From: the human T2T-CHM13v2.0 reference genome, Homo sapiens
Assembly: GCF_009914755.1 (NCBI RefSeq)
Contig: NC_060926.1
Reading direction: 5' to 3' (one strand)
Length of the DNA stretch: 64,000 nt
Positions within the stretch are counted from its first letter, which is position 1. Each line of letters begins with the position of its first letter. Shown one piece after another: positions 44,340 through 56,186 of this stretch. The translations under genes and the position numbers were made by a program. Under the pieces are notes generated by a model. It was not told the DNA's origin, did no database searches, and saw nothing but the letters and a program-made list of their open reading frames with translations.

Positions 44340-45210
44340 GTGAAACAGCAAAGATGGCAGCCTACCGCTCCCTTTGGAAGCTTTGCCCTAGGGAGGTATG
44401 AATGAACTTGTTGCTGGCCCAAACACACCTGTAGGAGGTGGCTGGAGACCCCAGTTTGGAGGTTTTGCCCAGTGAGGAGGAATGGCATTGGGAAAGTGCT
44501 TAAAAAAGCAGTCTGGCCTCATTTTTATAGAGCAGCTGTGCTATGCTGAGGGTCCACATCACCCCCTGGTCTCCTTGGACACTCCAAAGACTGAAGGTTG
44601 AAGTGGCTAAGTTGCAAAAACAGCAAAGATGGTGGCCTGCCCCTCCATCAGGGAGCTCCAGCCCAGAAAAAATTGAAATCACTGTCAGCAGGAGAACACC
44701 AGTGGGGGTGGTTGGAGGCCCCAGTTGGGAAGTCCCAAACAGTGAGGAGGAATGAATCCGGGACCTACTTAAAGAAGCAGTCTGGCTATGCTTTTGTACA
44801 GCAGCTGTGCTGTGCTGGGGGGCCATATCCGCCCTAAGTCAGCTGGGACTCCTTAAAGCCCAAAGGCTGGAATGGCTAAGTTGCCAAAACATCAAATATG
44901 GCGGCCCACGCCTCCCTCAGGGCACTCCATCTCAGGGAGAATTCAAATCTCTGTCAGCCTGAGAATACCAGAGTGGGTAGCTAGAGGCCCTGGTTGGGAG
45001 GTCCTGCCCAGTGAGGAGGAATGGGATTGGGGACCTTCTTAAAGCAGTAGTCCGGCCATATTTTGGTAGAGTAGCACTGTGCTGTGCTAATGGATCCCTC
45101 TGTCCCTGGTCCGCTGAGACTCTCCAAATCCCGAAGGCTGGAGCAGCTAAGTTGCCCAAACAGCAAAGATGGTGGCCTACCCCTTCTCTCAGGAGCTCTG
45201 TCTCAGGGAG
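44340..45210 (-). repeat. ~270-bp monomer repeats (about 3 copies) in the L1 A 5'UTR
   Basis: cagcaaagatgg (or a variant) at about 44346, 44621, 44891 and 45161. Confidence 0.85.
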
Positions 45211-46082
45211 GCTCAACACTGTTGCTGGTGGCTGGCTGGAATTCCAAGCCAGTGGCTCTTATCCTGTGAGGTGCTGTGGAAGTGGGGCCTGCAGGCTGTT
45301 GCTGCTCAGCTCCCTGAATTCAGCCTCTTCCCTAGGGATATGTATGAGGGTCTCACCTCCCACTTTGCCACAGTTGCAGCTACTTTTGCAGGAAAGCCCA
45401 GGTACCTAAGGCTCCCAGGTCTCCATGTGTGCCTGAGTGGCTGCTGTGCCAAGATTCCACGTAGCTCTGTCAGACTGAAGGCCCTGGTAAAGTGGGTTCA
45501 TGAGAACTCTCGACCCAAGGATTGCAAAGATCCATGGAAAAAGCATGGGTTTCCAGGGTCACACATTCACTCACTGCTTCCCTGGGTGAGAGAGCTCCCC
45601 CTGGCTCTGTGGTACTCCCAGGTGGGCTGTCGTTTTGCCTTTCTTTTCTTCATTCTCCCTGGGTCAAGTTGTTTCCTTGGTTAGTCCCAATGTGAGTACC
45701 TGGATGTTTCAGTTGAAGGTGCAGTATTGACTCTCCCCTTGTGTTCCTCTCTGTGAGAGCCAAACACACTAGCTGCTTCAACTCGGCCACCTTGGCCAGC
45801 CCACTGCCCCCTCACTGCTATATTTTTACATATAACATTTACAACTCTATAAAGTACTTCATTGTACTCATTTTACAGGCGAAGATAGTTTAGACACACA
45901 AAGACTGAATAAGATCTAAGTCCTTTCCTTGTAAGATGCAAAATCTGGAATTGACAATGTACATAACTGCTACGTGTCTCAAACCTAAGATGTAATTAGG
46001 CATTTCTAAAGCTCACACTTTTTAAATGTTTAAATATTTTGTTAGAGTTTTAAAGAATGATTTAGTTAAAAAATACGATTAT

Positions 46083-46790
46083 GGGGGTGTGTGGCCAAGA
46101 TGACTGACTAGAAGAAGCTAGGGTGCACGGCTCTCATGGAGAGGAATGAAAAGGGCAAGTCAATACAGCACCTTCAACTGAAACAACCAGGTACTCGCAT
46201 TACTCACATAATCAAGGAAACAACTCCAGCCAGCCACCAGCAACAGTGTTTTACCTACCTGAGACTGACTTCCTAGGGGACAGGGCAGGCCACCATCTTT
46301 GTTGTTTGGGTAACTTAGCCATTCCAGCCTGTTGGGCTTTTGAGAACCCAAACCAACTGAGGGCAGAAGGGATCCCCCACGCAGCACAGCTGCTCTACCA
46401 AAATGTGGCCAGACTGCCTCTTTAAGTGGATCCCCAATCCATTCCTCCTCGCTGGGCGGGACCTCCCAACTGGGGCCTGCAGCTACTCCTGCAGGTGCTC
46501 TCAGGCTGACGGAGATTTGAATTCTCCCTGGGATGAGTTCCCTGGGGGAGAAGGGGGCCGCCATCTTTGCTGTTTGGGTGACTCAGTTATTCCAGTCTGT
46601 GGGCTTTGGAGAGTCCAAAGTGACTAGGGTGGAGGGGATCCCCAGAACAGCACAACTGCTCTATCAAATCATGGCAAGATTCTTTAAGTAGATCCCCGAT
46701 CCGTTCCTCACTGGGTGAGACCTCCCAAGTGGGGCTTCCACCCCTTAGTTCTAGAGCTGACAGAGATTTACATTCTCCCTTGGATAGAGT
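46083..46790 (+). mobile_element. 5' end of a second old L1 (element C), head-to-head with element A; 5'UTR only, with ~270-bp monomers
   Basis: ggccaagatgactgactagaagaagct...cagcaccttcaactgaaacaaccaggtactc is the reverse-complement homolog of 45690-45800; monomers at 46290-46785. Confidence 0.85.
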
Positions 46791-46989
46791 TGTCAAGGTC
46801 CTGCCAATTAAGAAGAAATGGGTCAGGAACCTGCTAAAAGAATCTGCCTGACCAAGATTTTGTAGAGTAGCTGTGTTGTGCTGGGAGATCCCTTCTGCCC
46901 CGGTAGGTATGGATTCCACAAAACCCTCAGGCTGGAGTGGCTAAGTTGCACAAACAGCAAAGATGGCAGCTCATCTTTGGCCATTTCAT

Positions 46990-49900
46990 CCCAAGAATTC
47001 AAATATCTTTGGGCCCGAGAACACCAGCAGGAGTGACTGGAGGTCCCAGTGCGGTGATCCCTCACCAGGCAGGACTTTGAGACCGCCATGCCAGGGATAA
47101 TTGAAATCTCTGGCAGCCTGAGGACACTGGAGGAGGGGGTGGGGTGGTGGCTGGGGGCCCGAGTTGAAAGGAACTTCACTGGGCAGGAACTGGAGACCTC
47201 CATGCCAGGGAGAACTCGAATCTCTGTCAGCATGAGAACACAGGTAGGGGTGGCCGGAGGGCCCAGTTAGGAGAACCCTCACTGGGTGGGACCTCAAGAA
47301 CTCCATGCTAGGGAAAATTCAAATCTCTGTCAGCCCCAGGACACTGGCGGGGGTGGCTGGAGGCCCCATATGGGAGGTCCCTCACTGGGTCAGACACCGA
47401 GACCTCCGTGCCAGAGAGAATTCACATCTCTGTCAGCCCCAGAACACTACCGGGGTGGTTGCAGGCCCTAGTTGGGAGGTCCTCACTGGGCGGGACCCCG
47501 AGACCTCCATGCCAGGGAGAATTCAAATCTCTGTCAGCCCCAGAACACTGGCAGGGGTGGCCAGAGACCCCAGTTGGGAGGTCGCTCACTGGGCCAGACC
47601 CCGAGACCTCCATGCCAGGGAGAATTCAAATCTCTGTCAGTCCCAGAATAAAGGCGGGGGTGGCCGGAGGCCCCGGTTGGGAGGTCCCTCACTGGGCGAT
47701 ACCCCAAGACCTCCATGCCAGGGAGAACTCAAATCTCTGTCAGCCTGGGAACACCAGTGGGGGTGGCTGGACACCGCAGCTAAAAGGACCCTCATTGGGT
47801 GGGACCTTGTGAATTACATGCCAGGGAGAATTCAAATCTCTGTCAGCCTGCCTTGTGAATTACATGCCAGGGAGAATTCAAATCTCTCTCAGCATGAGAA
47901 CACCAGTGGGGTTGGCTGGAGGCCCCGCTTGGGAGGTCCCTCACTGGGCAGGACCTCAAGACCTCCACACTAGGGAGAATTCAAATCTCTGTCAGCCCCA
48001 GAACACTGGCGGGGGTGGCTGCAGGCCCCCGTTGGGAGGTCCCTCACTGGGCAGGACCCCGATACCTCGATGCCAGGGAGAATTGAAATCTCTGTCAGCC
48101 CCAGAATATTGGCGGGGGTGGGGGGAGTTGGCTGGAGGCCTGAGTTGGAAGGACCCTCACTGGGCAGGAACCGGAGACCTCCATGCCAGGAAGAATTCAA
48201 ATCTCTTTCAGCATGAGAACACAGGTGTGAGTGGCCAGAGGTCTCAGTTAGGAGAACCCTAACTGGGTGGGACCTCACAAACTCCATGCCTGGGAGAATT
48301 CAAATCTCTGTCAGCCCCAGAACACCAGCGAGGGTGGCTGCAGGCCCCGGTTGGGGGGGTTCCTCACTGGGCAAGACCCCGAGACCTCCATGCCAGGGAG
48401 AACTCAAATCACTGTCAGCCTGAGAACACCAGTGGGATTGGCTGGAGACCCCAGCTAAAAGGACACTCATTGGGCGGGACCTTGAGAACTACGTGCCAGG
48501 GAGAATTCAGATCTCTGTCAGCCCGAGAACACCGGTGGGGGTGGCTGGAGGCCACGGTTGAGAGGTCCCTCACTGGGCAGGACCTCAAGACCTCCATGCC
48601 AGGGAGAATTCAAATTTCTGTCAGCCCCAAAACACTGGCAGGGGTGGCTGGAGGCCGAAGTCCTTCACTGGGCCAGACGCTGAGACCTCCATACCAGGGA
48701 GAATTCAAATCTCTGTCATCCCAAGAACACCGGTGGGGGTGGCTGGAGACCCAATTGGGAGGTCACTCACTTGGCAGGACCTGAAGACCTCCATGCCAGG
48801 GAGAATTCAAATCTCTGTCAGCCCCAGAACACTGGCGGGGTTAGCTGGAGGCCCCAGTTGGGAGGTCCCTCACTGGGCCAGACCCTGAGACCTCCATTCC
48901 AGGGAGAATTCAAACCTCTGTCAGCCCCAGAACACTGGCGAGGGTGGCTGGAAGCCACGGTAGGGAGGTCCCTCACTAAGCAGGACCTAAAGACCTCCAT
49001 GCCAGGGAGAATTCAAATCTCTGTCAGCCCCAGAACACTGGTGGGGTTAGCTGGAGGCCCCAGTTGGGAGGTCCCTCACTGGGCCAGACCCTGAGACCTC
49101 CATTCCAGGGAGAATTCAAATCTCTGTCAGCCCCAGAACACTGGCAGGGGTGGCTGCAGGCCCCAGTTGGGAGGTCCCTCACTGGGCGGGACCCCAAGGC
49201 CGCCATGCCAGGGAGAACTCCAACCTCTGTCAGCCCCAGAACACCAGTGGGGTTGGCTGGAGACCCCAGCTAAAAGGACCCTCATTGGGTAGGACCTCAA
49301 GAACTAAGTGCCAGGGAGAATTCGAATCTCTGTCAGCCTGAGAACACCAGGGGTGGGTGGCTGGAGGCCTGAATTGAAAAGACCCACAGCGGACAGGAAG
49401 TGGAGACCTCCATGTCAGGAAGAGTTCAAATCTCTGTCAGCATGAGAACACAGGTGAGGGTGGCCGGAGGCCCCAGTTAGGAGAACCCTTACTGGGCGGG
49501 ACTTCAAGAACCAAGAACTGCATACCTGGGAGAATTCAAATCTCTGTCAGCCCCAGAACACTGGCGGGGGTGGCTGGAGGCCCCAGTTGGGAGATCCCTC
49601 ACTGGGCAGGACCTAAAGACCTCCATGCCAGGGAGAACTCAAATCACTGTCAGCCTGAGAACACCGGTGGGATTGGCTGGAGACCCCAGCTAAAAGGACC
49701 CTCATTGGGCGGGACTTTGAGAACTAGGTGCCAGGGAGAATTCAGATATCTGTCAGCCCAAGAACACCGGTGGGGGTGGCTGGAGGCCACGGTTGAGAGG
49801 TCCCTCACTGGGCAGGACCTCAAGACCTCCATGCCAGGGAGAATTCAAATCTCTGTCAGCCCCAAAACACTGGCAGGGGTGGCTGGATGCCGAGGTCCTT

Positions 49901-50693
49901 CACTGGGCCAGACCCTGAGACATCCATACCAGGGAGAATTCAAATCTCTGTCAGCCCAAGAACACCGGCGGGGGTGGCTGGAGGCCCGATTGGGAGGTCA
50001 CTCACTTGGCAGGACTTAAAGACCTCCATGCCAGGGAGAATTCGAATCTCTGTCAGTCCCAGAACACTGACAGGGGTGGTTGCAGGCCCCAGTTGGGAGG
50101 TCCCTCACTGGGTGGGACCTGGAGACCTCCATTCCAGGGAGAATTCAAATCTCTGTCAGCCCCAGAACACTGGTGGGGGTGGCTGGAGGCCCCAGTTGGG
50201 AGGCCCCTCACTGGGCCACACCCCAAGACCTCCATGCCAGAGAGAATTCAAATCTCTGTCAGCCCCAGAACACTGGAGGGGGTGGCTGGAGGCCCCAGTT
50301 GGGAGGTCCCTCACTGGGCAAGATCCTGAGACCTCCATGCCAGGGAGAACTCAAATCTCTGTCAGCCTGAGAACACCGGAGGGGGTGGCTGGGGACCCCA
50401 GGTAAAAGGACCCTCATTGGGCAGGACCTTGAGAACTACGTGCCAGGGAGAATTCAGATCTCTGTCAGCCCTGGAACACCAGCGGGGGTGGCTGGAGGCC
50501 ATGGTTGGGAGGTCCCTCACTGGGCCAGACCCTGAGGCCTTCATGGCAGGGAGAATTCAAATCTCTGTCAGCCCCAGAACACTGGCAGGGGTTGCTGGAG
50601 GCCTCGGTTGGGAGGTCCCTCTCTTGGCAGGACCTCAAGACCTCCATGCCAGGGAGAATCCAAATCTGTCATCCTGAGAACACTGGCGGGGTG
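46990..50693 (+). repeat. 103-bp GC-rich satellite, left array (about 37 units)
   Basis: Consensus CCAGGGAGAATTCAAATCTCTGTCAGCCCCAGAACACTGGCGGGGGTGGCTGGAGGCCCCAGTTGGGAGGTCCCTCACTGGGCAGGACCTCAAGACCTCCATG. ORF starts repeat every 103 bp (50053/50156, 50362/50465). Confidence 0.95.
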
Positions 50694-50774
50694 GGCATAG
50701 CAAGGTGCTCTACCAAAATGTGGCCATACTGGGTCTTTAAGAAGGTCTGTGATCCATTCCTCCTCACTGGGCGG

Positions 50775-51768
50775 GACCTCCCAACCAGGGCCTCCAGCCA
50801 CCCCCACCAGTGTTCTCGGGCTGGCAGAGATTTGAATTCTCCCTGGCATGGAGGTCTGGAGGTCCTGCCCAGTGAGGCACCTCCCAACCGGGGCCTCCAG
50901 CCACCCCCACCAGTGTTCTGGGGCTGACAGAGATTTGAATTCTCCCTGGCATGGAGTTCTGGAGGTCCTGCCCAGTGAGGCACCTCCCAACCGGGGCCTC
51001 CAGCCACCCCCGCCAGCGTTCTGGGGCTGACAGAGATTTGAATTCTCCCCAGCATGGAGGTCTCGAGGTCCCGCCCAGTGAGGGACCTCCCAACAGGGGC
51101 CTCCAGCCACCCCCGCTGGTGTTCTCAGGCTGACAGAGATTTGAATTCTCTTTGGGATGGAGGTCTTGAGGTTCCATTCAGCGAGGGACCTCCCAATAGG
51201 GGCCTTGAGACACTCCCGCCAGTGTTCTGGGGCTGACAGAGATTTGAATTCTCTCTGGCATGGAGGTCTTGGGGTCTGGCGCAGTGAGGGACCTCCCAAC
51301 TAGGGCCTCCAGCCACCCCTGCCAGTGTTCTGTGGCTGACAGAGGTTTGAATTCCCCCTGGTATGGAGGTCTTGAGGTCCTGCTTAGTGAGGGACCTCCC
51401 TACCGTGGCTTCCAGCCACCCTCGCCAGTGTTCTGGGGCTGACAGATATTTGAATTATCTTTGGGATGCGGTTCTTGGGGTCCCTTCCAGTGAGGGACCT
51501 CCCAACCGGGGCCTCCAGCCACCCCCACCAGTGTTCTGGGGCTGACAGAGATTTGAATTCTCTCTGGCATGGAGGTCTTGGGGTCTGGCCCAGTGGGGGA
51601 CCTCCCAACTGGGGCCTCCAGCCACCCCCACCAGTGTTCTGGGGCTGACAGAGATTTGAGTTCTCCCTGGCATGGAGGCCTGGAGGTCCAGCCCAATGAG
51701 GGTCCTTTCAGCTGGGGCCTCCAGCCACCCACACCGGTGTTCTCAGGCTGACAGAGATTTGAATTCCT
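50775..51768 (-). repeat. 103-bp satellite, right array in inverted orientation (about 10 units)
   Basis: gagatttgaatt every 103 bp from about 50828 to 51755; ORF starts at 50848, 50951, 51054, 51260, 51363, 51466, 51569 and 51672. Confidence 0.95.
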
Positions 51769-52352
51769 GGAATGAGTTCCCACGCGCAAGAGCAAGGAGC
51801 CATCTTTGCTGTTTGTGCAACTTAGTCGTTACAGCCCACGGGCTCTGGAGAATCCATACCTACCGGGGCAGAAGGGATATATCATCAGCACAGCACAGCT
51901 ACTCTACAAAATCTTAGAAGGCAGATTCTTTTACCAGGTTCCTGATCCATTCCTCCTTACTGGGCAGGACCTCGACAACTCCTTCCCGGGGAGAATGTAA
52001 ATCTCTGTCAGCTCGAGAACACCGGTGGGGTGGTGGAGGCCCCAGGTGGGAGGTCCCACCCAGAGAGGAGGAAAGAATCAGGGATCTGTGTAAAGAATCT
52101 GCCTGGCCACTATTTGGTAGAGCAGTTGTGATGTGCTGGGGGATCCCTTCCACCCCCAGTCATTTGGGACTCTCCAAAGCTGGCCCCATCCTCTCCCCCA
52201 GGCCCCAGTTGGAAGGACTCCCACTGGGCAGGAACTCCAGAACTCCCTCCCAGGGAGAATTCAAATTCCTCTCAGCCCCAGACACCAGTGGGGTAGCTGG
52301 AGGCCCTGGTTGGGAGGAACAGATTGGGAATCCCCTTAAAGATTCTGTCTGG

Positions 52353-52633
52353 GGCCGGCCACGGTGGCTCATGCCTGTAATCCCCATACTTCGGGAGGCC
52401 CAGCAGGGTGGATCACTTGAGGTCAGGAGTTCCAGACCAGCCTGGCCAACATGGTGAAACCCCATCTCTACTAAAAATAAAAAAATTCGCTGTGCGTGGT
52501 GATGGGCACCTGTAGTCCTAGCTACTTGGGAGGCTGAGGCAGAAGAACTGCTTGAACCAGGGCTGTGATGGGTGCTGTAAGCCGAGATCATGCCACTGCA
52601 CTCCAGCCTGGGTGACAGAGCAAGACTCCTTCT

Positions 52634-52667
<34 letters not shown>
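52353..52667 (+). mobile_element. Alu (AluS-like) with a 33-nt poly-A, inserted in the right arm of the palindrome
   Basis: Full dimer flanked on both sides by L1-monomer sequence. Confidence 0.93.
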
Positions 52668-52672
<5 letters not shown>

Positions 52673-53053
52673 TGGGCACATGTTGGGAGAGCAGCTGTGC
52701 TATTCTAGGGATCCCTTCTACCCCACCAGTTTGCACTGTCCAAAGCCCACAGGCTGGAATGGCTGTGTCACCCAAACAGCAAAGATGGCGGCCAGCTCCT
52801 CCCCTGGGAAACTCATCCCAGGGAGCTCCAGCATCCTTGGCACAAGCTGGCAAGTATTGGCTGAAATGACAGGTGCCCTGGAGAAATTTGAAAGGGTTAT
52901 CCACATCCGGCTGCTGATTATTTTCACAATTTTCCTGAGATGTCGTTATCATTCTTTGACTCTCCTTTCTATAGTCAGACATTTGGCTCTCAGAGGTGAC
53001 TTTCTGGCTGAAGAATGTGGATTCGTCACTGTCTTGTGCTCAATGTAGAGGGG

Positions 53054-53235
53054 GCTCTTAATTCCAGAAATGTCCATATCTGATGAAAGAAAGCGAAGAA
53101 TGAAACAAAAAGAGATATGTACCGTATTCATAAGTAGATTCAATGCTCTTAATTCCAGAAATGTCCATATCTGATGAAAGAAAGCGAAGAATGAAACAAA
53201 AAGAGATATGTACCGTATTCATAAGTAGATTCAAT
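53054..53235. repeat. Perfect 91-bp tandem duplication
   Basis: 53054-53144 equals 53145-53235, with GCT microhomology at the junctions. Confidence 0.95.
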
Positions 53236-54165
53236 GCTATTAAGATGTCAGTTCTTTCCAATGTATAGATTCAATGCAATTCTACTCTAAATGAAAATGT
53301 TTATATGGAGAGGCAAAAGACCTTGAATAGCTAACACCATATTGAAGGAGAAGAACAAACTTGGAGGACAGACACTACTCAATTTCAAGACTTACCCTAA
53401 AGCTACAGTAATGGAGACAGTGTGGTATTAGTGAAAGAACAAACGGATAAAATGAGATAGAGAGTTCACAAATAGAAACACATTAATACATTCGATTAAT
53501 TTTTGACAAAAAAGTAAAGGCATTATGATGATGAAACAGTTTTTTCAGGAAGGGCTGCTGGAATACCTGGATATCCACATGCAAAAAAAAAATAAATTGC
53601 AGACCTTACACCCCCACCAAAATTAACTCAAAATGGATCAGCAACATAAATATACAAAAAACTATAAAATTTATAGAAGATAATATAGAAGGAAATACAG
53701 ATTATCTTGGGTTTAATGATGACCTTTAGAAAAAACACCAAAGTTGAAGTCAATAGAAGAAAGAATTGACAAGCTGGACTTGATGAAAATGTAACATTTT
53801 TACACCATTAAAGACACTGAAAGAAAAGAGAAACCACAGATGGAAAAAAATTTGCCAAAACGTATCTGATTAAGAACTATTATTCAAAACATATTAGTAT
53901 TCTTAAAGCTGAGCAGTAAAAGACATGAGCTAAAGACCTTAACAAGTACCTCACCAAGTAAATTATACAAATGGAAAATAAGCATATGTAATGAGGCTAC
54001 ACATAATATTTCCTCAGAGAAATGCAACCATGAGATGCCACTGCACACGTATTAGAATAACCAAAATCTAGAACCACTGACAACATCAAACGCTGGCAAG
54101 GATGTGGAGCAAGAGGAAACTTCATTCATTGCTTGTGGGAATGCAAAATGGTGCAGTCACTTCTT
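53192..54165 (+). mobile_element. Old L1M (L1MC-like) ORF2 3' fragment
   Basis: aagatgtcagttctt...aaagctacagtaat..agacagtgtggtatt...ggatgtggagcaa..ggaa..tcattcattgct.gtgggaatgcaaaatgg. Confidence 0.8.
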
Positions 54166-54179
54166 GAAAGTTGTATTCT

Positions 54180-54860
54180 ATGTACCTCAACAGCATGGCC
54201 TTCACTGTTCATATTCCTATTATCATTTTGGTCGACCACTTAACCAAGGTCTAATTAAGTTCCACAAGTTTCCTCATCTTCCTGTCTTCTTTGCCTATTA
54301 CCCAGTTCCAAAGCAAATTCTGCATTATCAGGTGTTTTTATAGCAAAACCCCACTCCTTGGTACTAATTTCTGTGTTAGCAACACAGAATAACACAGAAA
54401 AGAGCAACACGGAAAAACACAAATTTTTGTGTTGCTATAAAAAAATAGCTGAGACTAGGTAATAAGGTATAAGGAACAGGTATAAGACTAGGTATAAGGA
54501 ACAGAGGTTTGTTTGGCTCACAGTTTTGCAGGCTGTAGAAGAAGAATGGCAGTGGCATCTGCACAGCTTCTGGTCAGGGACCCAGAAGGCTTTTACTTGT
54601 GGCTAAAGGTGAAGAGACAACGGGTATGACACACATGGCTAGAGAGGTAGGAAGAGAGGGGAGAGGTGCCACACTGTTTTAAACAACCACCTTTCGTGTA
54701 ATGCAGTGAGAACTCACTCATTAGTGAAAAAAGGGCAAAAAGCTATCCAGGAGAGATCAACCACCATGACCCAAACACCTCCCACTAGGTCCCACCTCCA
54801 ACATTGGGGATCAAATCTCGACACAATATTTGGAGGGTACAAATTTGCAAACAATATCAC
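54180..54860 (-). mobile_element. MST-type MaLR LTR with adjoining internal sequence
   Basis: attacccagttccaaagc...accccactccttggtactaattt (internal); tttggctcacagttttgcaggctgta...acacctcccactaggtcccacctccaacattgggga (LTR). Confidence 0.8.
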
Positions 54861-55500
54861 TCTCTTTTTGTCTTTAACTTTGGACAATTTGATTATAGTG
54901 TATCTTGTTGTGAGTCCCTGGATTCACCTTATTTGGTTTCCTTTGGGCTTTCTGGATCAGGCTTTCTGTTTTCTTCCCCATGCTTGATAAATTCTCTGTC
55001 ATTATTCCTTTAAACACTTTTCCGTTCCTTTCTTCCTCACTTCTCCTTCAGGCATGCCAATAATGTGTGAGTGGTCCTGCTTGATGGTGTCCCATAACTC
55101 TCTAAAGTTGTCTTCACTCCGTTTGCATTATCTTTTTTTCTGATCCTCAGGTTAGATAATTTCCAGTGACCAGTCTCAAAGTTCACTGATAGATTCTATT
55201 AATGGACACCTCTATTAAATTTTTTCAGTTCAGTTACAGTACACTTTAGATCTATGATTTGTTTGACATTATTGTATAACGTTTTTCCTTTTCTTGAAGT
55301 TCTCAACTTGTTCTTGCAAAGCTATCTTGACCTCAGTGATTATTGTTATGACCATTATTTGGAAATCTCTGTCAGATAAATTACATATCTGCACTTCACT
55401 CAGGTGCTGGAGATTTATCTTGTTTTCTTGCTTTGAATATATTTCCCTGTTTCTTCATTTTTCCTCGACTCTCTCTGTTGGTTCCCGTGCATTTGATAAG
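54860..55500 (-). mobile_element. Old L1M ORF1-region fragment
   Basis: tttttgtctttaactttggacaatttgattatagtgtatcttg...tgatggtgtcccata... antisense ORF1-type sequence. Confidence 0.65.
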
Positions 55501-56186
55501 ACTGGCCTCATGTAGGAAAAGGATCTCACCAAACTTTCCAGCCAGAGATCTTCAGGTACCTCTCAAGTCCTTGTGTGCTCTAGTATTGACTGTTTTTGGT
55601 GGCTCCCTGGAACTTAGGATGTGCCACGCCTTGTCAGTAACCAGAAATTGGTTAAGGTAGGAGCCAGACAATCCAGATGTAGCTAGAAAGTTAGAAGGCT
55701 GGAGGAGTGTTTCAGTTCTTTCTAGCTACATGATGAAGATTAGTATGGACATTTATCTCCCACTCTCTCTCCATTAAGCTTGGTAGAGGATCTGTGACAA
55801 ACACCTATGCACACTCTGGATGCAGCCTCTGATCCTGAGGAGATAGCTTCTGAATGTGGGCCCATTGTATGCTTACTTCTTTGTTTTCTATGGTCTAAAT
55901 ACATTCAAAAATACAAAATCCTGTCGACTCACAGAGCAGAGTTCTTAAGAAAACAGTTCCTTGGGCACTAACCACGGAGGTTGTAGAATTTCAATGCATA
56001 ATCAAGCTCCTTCTGGGAGCTTGATTCAATGCATAATCAAGCTCCTTCCGGGAAGAATGGGTAGGCTTGGATTTATTACTGGGTTGAACCCGACATAAGA
56101 CTGGTAGTGTCAAACTATGGTTCCATCTGCCAGATGAATTATACTTTGTAAGCCACATTAGCCCCCATGATGCCAGTATTTAAATA

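Noticed and set aside
47305-51795. Many 60-243 aa ORFs with repeated peptides (MPGRIQISVSPRTL, HARENSNLCQPQN)
   Set aside because: They are translations of a GC-rich 103-bp tandem unit. Because 103 is not a multiple of 3 the frames rotate, and ORFs occur on both strands.
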